A DNA stretch of 64,000 bases from an uncultured Spirochaetota bacterium (GTDB taxonomy: Bacteria > Spirochaetota > Brevinematia > Brevinematales > JAOACQ01). The translations under genes were made by a program, and so were the position numbers. The notes beneath the pieces were generated by a model. It was not told where the DNA came from, did not search any database, and was given only the letters and a program-made list of their open reading frames with translations. Below, piece after piece: positions 10,094 through 20,661 of this stretch; position 1 is the first letter of the stretch, and each line of letters starts with the position of its first letter. The DNA lies in assembly GCA_963783575.1 (NCBI GenBank), contig CAWAOD010000009.1, positions 1 to 64,000 of the forward strand, in the 5' to 3' direction.

Positions 10094-10994
10094 TCAGATA
10101 GGCCAGTGAAATGCGGCTTTTTACCCCGGTTTTCTGATAAATTTTATAGATATGGTTTTTAACCGTTCTGACGGAAAGAAACAGTTTTTCACTTATAAAA
10201 CCATTTGACTTACCCTGAATCAGCATTTCTACAATTTCAACCTCACGTCCTGTAAGATTATACTTTTGAATGAACGAGGGTTCCAAACTTATATTCAATA
10301 AACTATCCGGTAATTTACTAACGCTTCGGACAAAAAAAACAAGAAAAAAGGTATTCCAGATTATGTAAAAAAACAAATTTAACCAGTTCATTATTGTATT
10401 AAGGGGATTAAAGTACAGCCTCCACAATATAAAAAAATGATCCAGGTAAAGAAATAGCATCAGGATAATCAGGCTGATTCCCGTTTGTTTTTTTTCAATT
10501 GTTTTTAGCCTGCCGTAAAATATAAGAAATATGACTATATTATATGGGGCTGAAAGTACCAGAAAAGTATCATCCGGGAAAGGCAAAGATATAGAATATG
10601 AAAATTGTCCGTAGAATAATCTTACCATATACGGATTCAGTTTAAATAATGTTAAAAATAAAATAAGAAAAACCAGAATTTTATTGCCAGTTTTTCTGAA
10701 CGGTACTTCCAGCATTGTATGAAATGCTACAGATAGCGATAAGCAAAGAAGGAAAGATACGTCCGAATGAATTCCAAACCAGTATAATTGCATTAAGCTA
10801 TCAAGAGGAAGGCTTGATTGCAGATAAAATTGGATAAATTGAAAAAACAGCATAATGTTCAGAACCAGATAAAAATATGAGAAGTTATTCCATTTTCGAT
10901 TTTTATCCTTACGGGATAAAAAAACAGAAAAGGCAAAGGCAATAATACACATAATCCATATGATAAAAAAGACAGCAGAATAAATATATTCCAT
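10077..10994 (-). CDS. Membrane-anchored LuxR-type HTH regulator
   Basis: About 7 hydrophobic segments then LTGREVEIV...LFLSVRTVKNHIYKIYQK. Confidence 0.88.
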   Translation of the reverse strand: MEYIYSAVFFIIWIMCIIAFAFSVFLSRKDKNRKWNNFSYFYLVLNIMLFFQFIQFYLQSSLPLDSLMQLYWFGIHSDVSFLLCLSLSVAFHTMLEVPFRKTGNKILVFLILFLTLFKLNPYMVRLFYGQFSYSISLPFPDDTFLVLSAPYNIVIFLIFYGRLKTIEKKQTGISLIILMLFLYLDHFFILWRLYFNPLNTIMNWLNLFFYIIWNTFFLVFFVRSVSKLPDSLLNISLEPSFIQKYNLTGREVEIVEMLIQGKSNGFISEKLFLSVRTVKNHIYKIYQKTGVKSRISLAYLIKKAG

Positions 10995-11208
10995 CAGATT
11001 TTTCCTTTAATTATAATACAATTAATATAAAAAAAAGATCAACATATAAAATATTTTTAACTCAATTTAAAATTTTATGCCTGAAGTTGAAAAAACTCAA
11101 ATAAACTACCCCGCAGATTCCAAGGCGGGCTGGAATTGATAGCCAATGCACTTACTCAAACAATTTAACCGGAAGAATTTATAAACATTCTTCCTTTTAA
11201 TAAAAGTA

Positions 11209-11253
11209 TTGACAAATAAAAATATTTAATTTATAATATACAAGCTTGTATAT
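11209..11253 (+). promoter_or_regulatory. Consensus sigma70 promoter with overlapping PadR operator
   Basis: TTGACA(11209)-17 bp-TATAAT(11232); perfect palindrome ATATACAAGCTTGTATAT 11236-11253. Confidence 0.8.
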
Positions 11254-11266
11254 ACGAGGTTTAATA

Positions 11267-11806
11267 ATGTCCACAAGATTGGTTATTCTTGGTTTATTGA
11301 AAAGCAAACCCCTTTACGGTTATGAATTAAAACAGGTTATTGAGGAGCATATGGGGGATTGGACTTCCATAGCGTTCGGATCAATCTACTTCGCACTGAA
11401 CAAGCTTAATGAGGAAGGTTTTGTTGAAAGAGTAAGCGAGGAAAAGTCAGGCAACAGGCCATCAAGAAGCATTTTTCAAATAACAGAAAGAGGGAATGGG
11501 GAATTTACTAGAATACTCAAGGAAATCTGGCTGAACAACGACCGGCAGTATTATCCTCTTGACATAGCGCTGGCTTTTTCAGATTCCCTGCCGGCAAATG
11601 AAATAAAAGGCTACATAAAAAAACGCATTGATTATCTGGATTCCGCTTTGAATTATGTAGAAGTGCATAAAAGAGAGCAATTAACGCAGCAGGATATACC
11701 AAAAACGGTTAAAATCATATTTGCTCACACCGAATATCATTCAAAGGCTGAAAGGGACTGGCTGATAAGTGTTTTAGAGAGTTTTGACAGTGGAGAATTA
11801 TCTTAA
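11267..11806 (+). CDS. PadR family regulator
   Basis: ILGLLKSKPLYGYELKQ, FGSIYFALNKL; ATG at 11267 follows GAGG. Confidence 0.92.
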   Translation: MSTRLVILGLLKSKPLYGYELKQVIEEHMGDWTSIAFGSIYFALNKLNEEGFVERVSEEKSGNRPSRSIFQITERGNGEFTRILKEIWLNNDRQYYPLDIALAFSDSLPANEIKGYIKKRIDYLDSALNYVEVHKREQLTQQDIPKTVKIIFAHTEYHSKAERDWLISVLESFDSGELS

Positions 11807-11817
11807 ATTTTTTGTTA

Positions 11818-11837
11818 AATATACAAGATTGTATATT
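11818..11837. promoter_or_regulatory. Second PadR-type operator AATATACAAGATTGTATATT
   Basis: Near-identical to the palindrome upstream of padR. Confidence 0.7.
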
Positions 11838-11864
11838 CAATATAATATATTAGGAGGTAAATTT

Positions 11865-12524
11865 ATGGGTAAAAAAAGAATTCCGGAAACTAACGAGGGA
11901 ATCCAGGGAGAGTTCAATGTCAGAGATTACGATGCCATGCAAAGAAACATGAGAGACCGTAAAATAATCGAAACCGACTATATTATTCAATCCGGCATTA
12001 TAAAAGGTAAAGTACTGGAAATCGGCCCGGGGCCAGGCTATCTCGGGCTGGAATGGCTGAAAAAGACGCAAGAAACTACACTTTTCTGGCTGGAAATTAG
12101 TGAGGATATGAAGAATATAGCGAAAAAAAACGCCGAAGAATACGGATTAAACGGCAGGATTAATTATACCATTTCGGATGCGACAAAAAAGTTCCCGTTC
12201 GAAGAAGATTATTTTGACGCCGTCTTTACAAACGGTTCACTCCATGAATGGGCTAAGCCTATTGAGGTCTTTAATGAAATCGGAAGGGTATTAAAAAAGG
12301 GCGGAAAATATTTTATAAGCGATTTAAAAAGAAATATAAACCCCGCGCTTGAGTTTCTTATGAGCACAATGATTAAGGCAAAATCGATGAAAAAAGGGCT
12401 TTACACTTCTGTTCAATCGTCTTACCTTAAGAACGAGATTTCAGAGATATTATTGAACAGCACCCTTGCAAATTTCATAGTATCAGAAAACGCTTTTGGG
12501 ATAACAATAACGGGAACAAAATAA
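11865..12524 (+). CDS. Class I SAM-dependent methyltransferase
   Basis: VLEIGPGPG, FPFEEDYFDAVF, RVLKKGG; AGGAGG RBS before ATG 11865. Confidence 0.9.
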   Translation: MGKKRIPETNEGIQGEFNVRDYDAMQRNMRDRKIIETDYIIQSGIIKGKVLEIGPGPGYLGLEWLKKTQETTLFWLEISEDMKNIAKKNAEEYGLNGRINYTISDATKKFPFEEDYFDAVFTNGSLHEWAKPIEVFNEIGRVLKKGGKYFISDLKRNINPALEFLMSTMIKAKSMKKGLYTSVQSSYLKNEISEILLNSTLANFIVSENAFGITITGTK

Positions 12525-12544
12525 TACTCGAGTCCGCTACTTAC

Positions 12545-12568
12545 GGCAAGGGGCACTAGCCCCTTGTC
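12545..12568. terminator. GC-rich hairpin between convergent genes (terminator or REP-like)
   Basis: GGCAAGGGGC-ACTA-GCCCCTTGTC. Confidence 0.5.
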
Positions 12569-13073
12569 AAATCAAATCACTATATGAGCAAGTTACCAAA
12601 TCACTTTCCTCAATATTGCATAATTTTAGATAATAATTGCATTGTTCAAGAAGCTTTTCCCTGCCGATATTCCCGGTCTGGTCAACCGCCTCAATCTCAA
12701 AAAAATCGCCAAGATCACCTACGCGGTCGATATGAAATTTAACATTTCCGATATAATAAATTTCTCTTTCTTTATCCACAACCTTTAATATTCCTAAAGA
12801 TGAACTCAGCATTTCCTTTATTATGGAGGATGGTTCCGTTTTGTACAGCATATAGCTGCATTCTTTAGGCCCCTTTTGATCATCCCTTTGATAGAATATC
12901 AGGTTATTTTCAATATTCCCTTCCCTTAATTTCAGCCTACCGTTTTGAACATTAAAATAAGTATCTGTCTGATAATCCAGCCCTTTAAAATCAGCCTTTA
13001 AACCGGTTAAAACAGACTTTATGGCTTCAGGATATTTAATTCTAGCCTTGATTTCAACATTTAAATAAGACAT
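12567..13073 (-). CDS. cyaB: CYTH-domain protein, class IV adenylate cyclase-like
   Basis: NVEIKAR, QTDTYF, RLKLRE, HIDRVGDLGDFFEIE. Confidence 0.85.
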   Translation of the reverse strand: MSYLNVEIKARIKYPEAIKSVLTGLKADFKGLDYQTDTYFNVQNGRLKLREGNIENNLIFYQRDDQKGPKECSYMLYKTEPSSIIKEMLSSSLGILKVVDKEREIYYIGNVKFHIDRVGDLGDFFEIEAVDQTGNIGREKLLEQCNYYLKLCNIEESDLVTCSYSDLI

Positions 13074-13436
13074 AAAAGACCCCTTAAATTAAATGTAATT
13101 CATTATTTTATTATCTTATAGATTTATTTTCAAGAACTGACGGATTGTTTCAAATCGGGATTTTTATGTAAACTCCTATCAAATACCGTTCAAGTTAAAT
13201 AGAGAATACTTGGGTTTTAAACCGTCAATATTTTCCCTGGAACTTTTTACTGCATAGGATTTTAGTAATAATAATATGGAATAAATGGAAAATAAAAAAA
13301 TAATTAATTAATATTTATTTTTATCATTGACTTACAAACTTATTGAAATTATAATTTAGATATTTCTTTTCTGTAATTTAAGATATCAACTTGCATTTTG
13401 CATGCGACTTGGTATTAAATATGTTAGGAGGGAAAA

Positions 13437-13859
13437 ATGAAAAAAATCGCTTTAGCCTTTTTACTCTGTTCAGCAACTTTACTTTTGCTATCATGTCAAG
13501 CATCTACAGTTAATTCAGGATCTGGTAGTTCGGGGTCAAGTAGTTTCACTTTATCCGGAACATTAACATTTACTACAGTAAGCCCAAACGGACATACGGC
13601 TCAATTAAAGCTTGTAACACATGGCGGTTCATCTACAGCTACTGCTCTATATTCTGTTTCAGCCGTTTTTTCCGGAAACACCGCTAATTATTCAATTTCT
13701 GGGATTGCTGCAGGCACATATACCGGATGGGCTTTTATTGATATGAATAATAGCGGCGGCTCACAGCCCGATACCGGTGATTACTATGCAACTTCAGATA
13801 TTTCTATTTCAGGTAATAATACTTCTGATATACCAAATACGGCATGGATTTACTATTAA
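13437..13859 (+). CDS. Lipoprotein, beta-rich hypothetical
   Basis: Signal peptide with LLSC lipobox, Ser/Gly linker, strong RBS. Confidence 0.8.
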   Translation: MKKIALAFLLCSATLLLLSCQASTVNSGSGSSGSSSFTLSGTLTFTTVSPNGHTAQLKLVTHGGSSTATALYSVSAVFSGNTANYSISGIAAGTYTGWAFIDMNNSGGSQPDTGDYYATSDISISGNNTSDIPNTAWIYY

Positions 13860-14147
13860 AAACTATTAGTTTATCTTAAAGCTTGCTTCGATTCCTTTAG
13901 ATTTCTTGCGTAATTTGTTTATTCCGCCAGCAGAGGAAGAATAAGCACTTTAGCTTTACTGTCTAGAAATTTCCGGATTTTTTCTATATCTTTTTGTGTG
14001 GCATTATTAGGATAATAATGCATAGGTATAATATATTTTGTTTCTGTATCGAGGGCGCTTTTTTCCAGAGCCTCTATCATTAATTCCACTCATCGGCATT
14101 GTATAAAGCATACCTATCAGGATTACATTATTATTTTCTTTCAGGTA

Positions 14148-14959
14148 CTATTTAAGGTCTTTTGCCGATAAAACCCCGGCTTTTTTAAGCAAGTTTACAA
14201 CTTCCGGATTATTACCATTATTGATGGCATAATCTAATGCAGTTCGTTTATCAAACCCGATAACATTTAATTTACTATTATTCTCGATTAATAGCCGAAT
14301 GAAATCAGGCTGATTATAATAAGCCGCCCAATTTAAAGCATGGTCTCCAAAGCTGTCAACCGCGTTCACGTCGACCCCGTATTCTATCAATATTTTACCT
14401 GTCTCAACGGCTCCGACACTGGCTGCAACCATTAACATTGTGACATTGTTGGCGTTGACATTCTGATAGCCGTTTATTTTTTTTAAAGGGTCTAATCCCG
14501 CTTTGATCAATATTTTAATCGTTTTAGGATTACCGGCTTCAACCGCAAATGCCAGCAAATCATTATTGTTTAGTTTAGATTTTATATCTGCACCTGCATT
14601 TACCAATATTTCAACAATCTGATAGTTTCCCTTTCGAATTGCGTAATGTACTGCAGTTAAACCCATCGTATCCTGTATGTTCAAATCAGCTTTATTTATT
14701 ACTAATGAATTTACAATTCAACATTACCGCTTCGGGAAGCAATTATTAATGAGGTTGCGAAATTGGGATCGGCAGCGTTAACATTGGCTCCCAGCTTAAG
14801 CAATTTATTTACTTCATCCGGATTTCCATCCTCGACAGCCGTTAATAGCTGGCTGTCTAATTCTAAATTATTTTTGTCAAAAGATTCTTTTACCGGTGCT
14901 TTCATACAACTTACAATAAACAACAGTCCAAAAATCAAACAAAATGATTTTACTTTCAT
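14148..14959 (-). CDS. Ankyrin-repeat lipoprotein, split by one frameshift
   Basis: IVSC lipobox and ankyrin repeats; adding one A near 14717 gives GNVEIVNSLVINKADLNIQD and joins the two ORFs. Confidence 0.85.
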
Positions 14960-15574
14960 ATTTTTCTCCTTGCATAAAACTTTTGATTATTCTATCATGA
15001 ATATAGATTCTAATATCACCGAAATGAAAAATCTATAGTCTAAAAAGATCATTTTTTGAAAAATCATATGATAATTTAAGACTATTAATAAAAACAATAA
15101 TTTGAAGCCGATCATTTTTAAGTATAATACTTAAGACTATTTGCAGTTTCCAGCTTATCCTTGTGTATTTGTTTTACCTTTTTTAATATTTTATATAATT
15201 TGAAAAATCTCATTAAAACCAGTTTTTCCAATAAATCGGAACTACCCTAAAGTTTTAAAATTACATTATGGAAGAAAGACAAAACTTCATCAGTTTATCT
15301 AAAATGCACTAAAAAATAAATTTTAGAACCATTATTAACTATCTTTCACTTTGATCAGCTTTTTCTCTTTTATTTTAAGGAACATATCGTATATTCTTTC
15401 GATTATATTTCGAGATTTTCCATTCTCCAGTTGATTTTTTTCCAGCCGGCTTAATTGATTCAAATTAATTTATTCAAATTTATCAAAGGCAATAATTTTG
15501 AATATTTCCCGGCAATAAGGTACAATTTATTTGGTAAGGATGTTTTGTTAATTTGTTTTAAACGGAGGATCATC

Positions 15575-16541
15575 ATGTATCATAAGATAACTTTAATTTT
15601 AACCGTTTTGTTTATTTGTTTTAATTCTCTTTTTTCTGAGGATTCAACACCTGTTGAAAAGTATGGTTTGCTATCCGTAAAAGGAACACAGATTATCGAT
15701 AAAAATGGCAATGCCGTTCAGCTTAAAGGGGTAAGTTTATTCTGGAGCCAGTTTGGTGACAAATACTGGAATTATGACGCTATTTCATATATAGTCAGCA
15801 ACTGGAACGTGACTGTAATCAGAGCCGCGATGGGGATTGAAAGCGGCGGTTATCTCACAAACAAAGACGCTGAAACCGTAAAAGTTAAAAATGCAGTGGA
15901 CATTGCCGTAAAACTTGGAATATATGTCATTATCGATTGGCATGATCATCATGCCTCAAGTCATCTGAAAGAAGCCTCCATGTTCTTTAAAGAAATGGCA
16001 AAACTATATAAAAATACTCCCAACGTTTTGTATGAACCTTATAATGAACCGCTTGTTAATGAAACCTGGGATAGTGTAAAAGATTATTCGGAAAAAATAG
16101 TTAAAATAATCCGGACTGAAGGGGTTAATAACATCATAATAATCGGTTCTCCGACATGGTCGCTTGATGTCGATTCAGCTTCTCTTGACCCGATAAAAGA
16201 CTATGAAAATATAGCTTACAGTCTTCATTTTTATGCCGGATTCCATAAGCAGGATGTGCGTGAAAAAGCTGAATTTGCCATGGGCCGGGGCGTCGCGATT
16301 TTTGTCACGGAATGGGGTACATGCAACACTTCCCGGAAACGGAGGCTTTGATCCGAAGGAAAGCGACTTATGGATTGCCTTTATGGATAAATATAAAATA
16401 TCATGGTGCAATTGGGCTTTGAACGATAAGGATGAAACAGCTTCAATACTTATCCCTGGGGCAAGCGCAAACGGCGGCTGGACAGATGCGGATTTAACCG
16501 AATCCGGTAAATATATCAAAGCTAAACTTCTGGGGAATTAG
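15575..16541 (+). CDS. Glycoside hydrolase family 5 endoglucanase, split by one frameshift
   Basis: IIDWH, YEPYNEP, LHFYA, FVTEWG, SWCNW; removing one C at 16332-16334 restores EWGTCNTSGNGG. Confidence 0.9.
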
Positions 16542-16581
16542 AATTAGCATAACTCTAAAAGCCAAAACAGCAGATAAATTC

Positions 16582-16836
16582 TCAGCTTCTCCATAAATAA
16601 TCTTCACCTAATTGTGTTAGAAAAATGTAGTTATCTTCCCCTATTTTAATAAAACCTTTTGATTCAAGGGATTTTAAAATATTTTTCAGATCTTTATAAT
16701 TGAGCAGGCTCATATAATTTTGCTTACGCTGCGCATCTGATATATCCTTCATTGAAATGCCGTTATCAGTAATAGTTTTATAATGCTTGAATATTTCCAA
16801 AAACTCTTTCTCGGCGTTATTTAAATTCTCCGACAT
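16582..16836 (-). CDS. Small winged-helix-like hypothetical protein
   Basis: LKSLESKGFI...LTQLGEDYL pattern. Confidence 0.55.
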   Translation of the reverse strand: MSENLNNAEKEFLEIFKHYKTITDNGISMKDISDAQRKQNYMSLLNYKDLKNILKSLESKGFIKIGEDNYIFLTQLGEDYLWRS

Positions 16837-17057
16837 TTACTGCCCCTTGTTTGAGTTTGGGTTCTGCTGAACATACTAATAATTCTACTGATTTTTGTCA
16901 AAAATAACAAATGAATTCATAATATTTATACTGAAAATATATAAATACAAGCAAAATATCTTATTACTGATTTATTTGTTGATTATAGAAAGGCTGTATA
17001 GCCCGGTAAATTATTTATCTTTTAAGCAGCTTTTATTTATAATATGTTGAGGAAAAG

Positions 17058-20000
17058 ATGTTTCGTTTAGCCCACATTCTATTCGGGATAGAATATGAGG
17101 AAATAAAACCGGCTCTTTTTTGTTTTTTGCTTTCATTCATTTGGGGTATTACTCAGGTCTTAACGCTGACTGCCGCCAATACATTATTTCTGAATAATTT
17201 TTCCGCAGCCCAGCTTCCATATATTTACATCTTCAACGCTGTATTAATTCCGGTAATCGGTCTTATATTCATAAGGATCAGTAAAAGAATCAGTTTTGTT
17301 AAATTTTTCTTTTTTGTATGCTTATTTTTTATCATATGCCTTGTTTTTTTCCGGCTTCTGCTATTCTATCAGCAGGAAAAATCGGCAGGTATTTTACTTT
17401 TAATTTGGTATGAAATTGAGTTTACATTAACCGGTATTTTGATCTGGGGTGTTGTCGGCAGATTATTTACCGTCAGGCAATCAAAGCGGCTTTATTCTCC
17501 TATCACAATAGGCTCTGATATTGCGGTTATAATATTCGGTTTATTAACGTCCATTCTGTCGAAAAGTGCAGGAATAAATAATTTTGTCCTGATTACATTG
17601 TTCACGCATTTTTCAGCAATCTTAGTATTTTATATAATTTTTAGAACTTACGGTAAAAGACTTAATACTGCCTATGAAAAAGAAAAAATCGCAGAAGAGG
17701 ATGAGGATTTACAGATCAATCTCTTCCGGCTTATTATCAACAATAAATTTATTTTTGGGATTGCAGCGGTTGCGGTATTTTCTACCATAAATTATTATTT
17801 TACCGACAACGCTTTTTATAGGGAAGCACAGATAAACATCTCGGGTACCGATGATTTAGCCGGTCTTATCGGTAAATTACTGGCAGCAATTTCTTTTGTA
17901 ACCATTTTAACGAACGGATTTATTACCGGTAGAATAATAAAAAAAACGGGAATCTCAGGCGGATTACTAATTACACCTGTTATTATGGGGGTCGTGGTTT
18001 TATTATTTATTATTTCTTCGTTGCTCAATCTTACTTCCAATATTATTTTATCCATAATAATTCTGGTTAAAATTTTCCAGACCGTCTTAATGGAAACAGT
18101 TAATATTAATGTATTTTTCAATCTTTTACAGACCCTTCCCAGCCAGGAAAAAAATACTGTTAGTATTTTTTCCGAAACTTTAATTTCTCCTATTTTCGGC
18201 GGAATTTCCGGGGGACTGTTATTGATAATCAACCAGATTTTTCATTTTGGACCGGTTGGAATCTGCATTGTATTGGAATGCATAATGATTTTCTGGATTG
18301 TTATTTCTGTATATACTGGTAAAAAGTATCAAAAAAATCTGAGTGAAAGCCTGGAACGGAAAAGATTATCCGGTGAAAGCCTTCCGGTAAATGATCCAAA
18401 TTTAGAAAAGATTCTTCTTGGGAATTTAAGCCATTCTAATCCTTTGATTGTTGTTTATTCCATTGATCTGCTTAATAAAATCAATTCTATGGAATTATAC
18501 AAGCATCTTCAACAGCTGTCAACTCATCCTGATTCTCTGGTAAGGAAAAAAGTGGCTGAGGAATACGAAAAGATCGGAAAATATGAGGATTATGATTATT
18601 TGTACAGATGGTTTAAAAAAGAAGCCGATATTGAAGTCAAAGCATCTGTTATAAAAGCGCTGGCATTTACCAATGAATTGGATTCCTATGATATTTTGGC
18701 TTCATTGACAAATGCAATAAATAAAGATATCAGGATGGCTGCAATTAACGGTTTGATCCGCTATTGCGGAATAGAAGGTATTATTCATGCAGGATCGGAG
18801 ATAAAAAATTTATCCCTTTCAGAAAGCAAAGAGGACCGTGTTTTCGCGGCGGAATGCATCGGTAATACGGAATTAACAAACATATACAGTATGCTGATTC
18901 CTCTCTTAAAGGACGATGATTATTCTGTCAGAAAAGCAGCGATACAATCGGCAGGTATTTTATTAAACCAGAAATTATTACCAGGGATCATAGAAAATAT
19001 TATGATTGAGCCTTTACAGGGAGTTATTATCAATACCCTTGTGCAATTTGGGGATACAGTATTCCCGGCTTTGGAAGAACTGTTCTACAAGAAAAACCAA
19101 ACCCAAAAAATCCGGATTCTAATTATCAATATTTATGGACGAAAAAAGGGAAATCTAGCTATCGCTTTATTAAAGAAAAAGCTAATTTTTACCGGCTATC
19201 CAATTATTTATGAATCCCTTGCCGCGTTATTATTGTGCGGCTATGAGCCTGATCAGAATGACAAAGAAGCTATTGAAAAACTCTTAAATGAGACCCATTC
19301 TTATATAGTAAGGATAATTAAGGTTATGGTTATACTAAGCGATGATAAAAATGACTTCCGGATTGTGGAAGCTCTTGAGGAAGAAATGACAAAATATAAA
19401 AAACTGTTATTTCTGATCCTATCATTTTTATACGATCAAAGTGAAATCAGAAATATTCAATTTAATTATTTTAATAAAGAAAATGAGGATAAGAAAGATT
19501 TAGCCGTTGAGCTTCTTGGAAATTTATTATCCAGGGCACATGGACCTTTAATTCTTCCTGTAATGGAAGATATTCCACTGAAAGAGAAACTATTGATTTT
19601 GATATCATTAAACAAAAATCAATCTATGGAAAAAGACGCCGTAATTCGGGAAATAATTCAGGATGAAACGTTTCTGCAGAATAACTGGCTTAAAATCACA
19701 GCATTTAACTATCTGAGTTTAATTGATAAAAACAAGGTATTGAATGAAATTAATTATGATAATTTATTGTATGTAATTGAATCTACTATGGTCTTGAAGA
19801 AAGCGGATATTTTTAAAGATATTGCCCATGAAGATTTAATGGAAATAACCAGGTACACTGAAAAAAAACATTTCAAAGCCGGAGAGAAAGTGTTTTCTTA
19901 CGGCGAAATTGGCGATTCTATGTATTTTATCGCTAAAGGAAAAGTATATTCACATATCGGCCAAAAAACTATTCTGGAATTAGTGGATGATGGTATGTTC

Positions 20001-20657
20001 GGCGAGCTGTCCGCGCTTATTCCGGAACCAAATATTACAGATGTCACCTGTCTGACGGACACTTCACTAATTTGTATTAATCGAAGCAAGTTATATCAAA
20101 TAATTGAAGATAATATGGAAATCACGAAGTCCATTATTTCGGCTCTTTGCAGGAAATTCAAAGACCTTGATATTCCTTTAAAAGAAAAAAAAATTGATCA
20201 GGAAGATGAGAATTCCAATGAAAGACTGTCTTATGAAAATAAAAATATGTCTCAACTGGATAAGATGATGATATTAAAATCTGTAAATTTATTTTCCGGT
20301 CTTCCGGATGATATCCTGCTTGAATTATCGGCTTTAGTCAAAGAATATAATTTATATCAGGGTCAAACGTTATTTAAAAAAAATGATTTTGGACACTCCA
20401 TGTATATTATAGTTGAAGGATCTATGAAAGTTCATGACGGGGATATCTTCATCGCGCGGCTGGGGTCTGGCCAGATAATCGGCGAATTGGCGGCATTATC
20501 CATGGAAAGACGGTCGGCTTCCATAACCGCTTTATCATACGGCCTGTTATTTAAAATAACCGGAGATTCACTCTATTCTTTAATCTGGGAACACCGTACC
20601 GTAGCCCGGAGTATGATAGAAATTCTGGTGCGGAGAATACGGGCCAGAATCAAATAG
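17058..20657 (+). CDS. MFS/Npt(TLC)-like membrane domain + HEAT repeats + two cNMP-binding domains
   Basis: About 12 TM N-terminus (F.VRQSKRLY motif), HEAT repeats, GDSMYFI/FGELS and GHSMYII/IGELA..RSAS. Confidence 0.85.
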   Translation: MFRLAHILFGIEYEEIKPALFCFLLSFIWGITQVLTLTAANTLFLNNFSAAQLPYIYIFNAVLIPVIGLIFIRISKRISFVKFFFFVCLFFIICLVFFRLLLFYQQEKSAGILLLIWYEIEFTLTGILIWGVVGRLFTVRQSKRLYSPITIGSDIAVIIFGLLTSILSKSAGINNFVLITLFTHFSAILVFYIIFRTYGKRLNTAYEKEKIAEEDEDLQINLFRLIINNKFIFGIAAVAVFSTINYYFTDNAFYREAQINISGTDDLAGLIGKLLAAISFVTILTNGFITGRIIKKTGISGGLLITPVIMGVVVLLFIISSLLNLTSNIILSIIILVKIFQTVLMETVNINVFFNLLQTLPSQEKNTVSIFSETLISPIFGGISGGLLLIINQIFHFGPVGICIVLECIMIFWIVISVYTGKKYQKNLSESLERKRLSGESLPVNDPNLEKILLGNLSHSNPLIVVYSIDLLNKINSMELYKHLQQLSTHPDSLVRKKVAEEYEKIGKYEDYDYLYRWFKKEADIEVKASVIKALAFTNELDSYDILASLTNAINKDIRMAAINGLIRYCGIEGIIHAGSEIKNLSLSESKEDRVFAAECIGNTELTNIYSMLIPLLKDDDYSVRKAAIQSAGILLNQKLLPGIIENIMIEPLQGVIINTLVQFGDTVFPALEELFYKKNQTQKIRILIINIYGRKKGNLAIALLKKKLIFTGYPIIYESLAALLLCGYEPDQNDKEAIEKLLNETHSYIVRIIKVMVILSDDKNDFRIVEALEEEMTKYKKLLFLILSFLYDQSEIRNIQFNYFNKENEDKKDLAVELLGNLLSRAHGPLILPVMEDIPLKEKLLILISLNKNQSMEKDAVIREIIQDETFLQNNWLKITAFNYLSLIDKNKVLNEINYDNLLYVIESTMVLKKADIFKDIAHEDLMEITRYTEKKHFKAGEKVFSYGEIGDSMYFIAKGKVYSHIGQKTILELVDDGMFGELSALIPEPNITDVTCLTDTSLICINRSKLYQIIEDNMEITKSIISALCRKFKDLDIPLKEKKIDQEDENSNERLSYENKNMSQLDKMMILKSVNLFSGLPDDILLELSALVKEYNLYQGQTLFKKNDFGHSMYIIVEGSMKVHDGDIFIARLGSGQIIGELAALSMERRSASITALSYGLLFKITGDSLYSLIWEHRTVARSMIEILVRRIRARIK

Positions 20658-20661
20658 TCTT

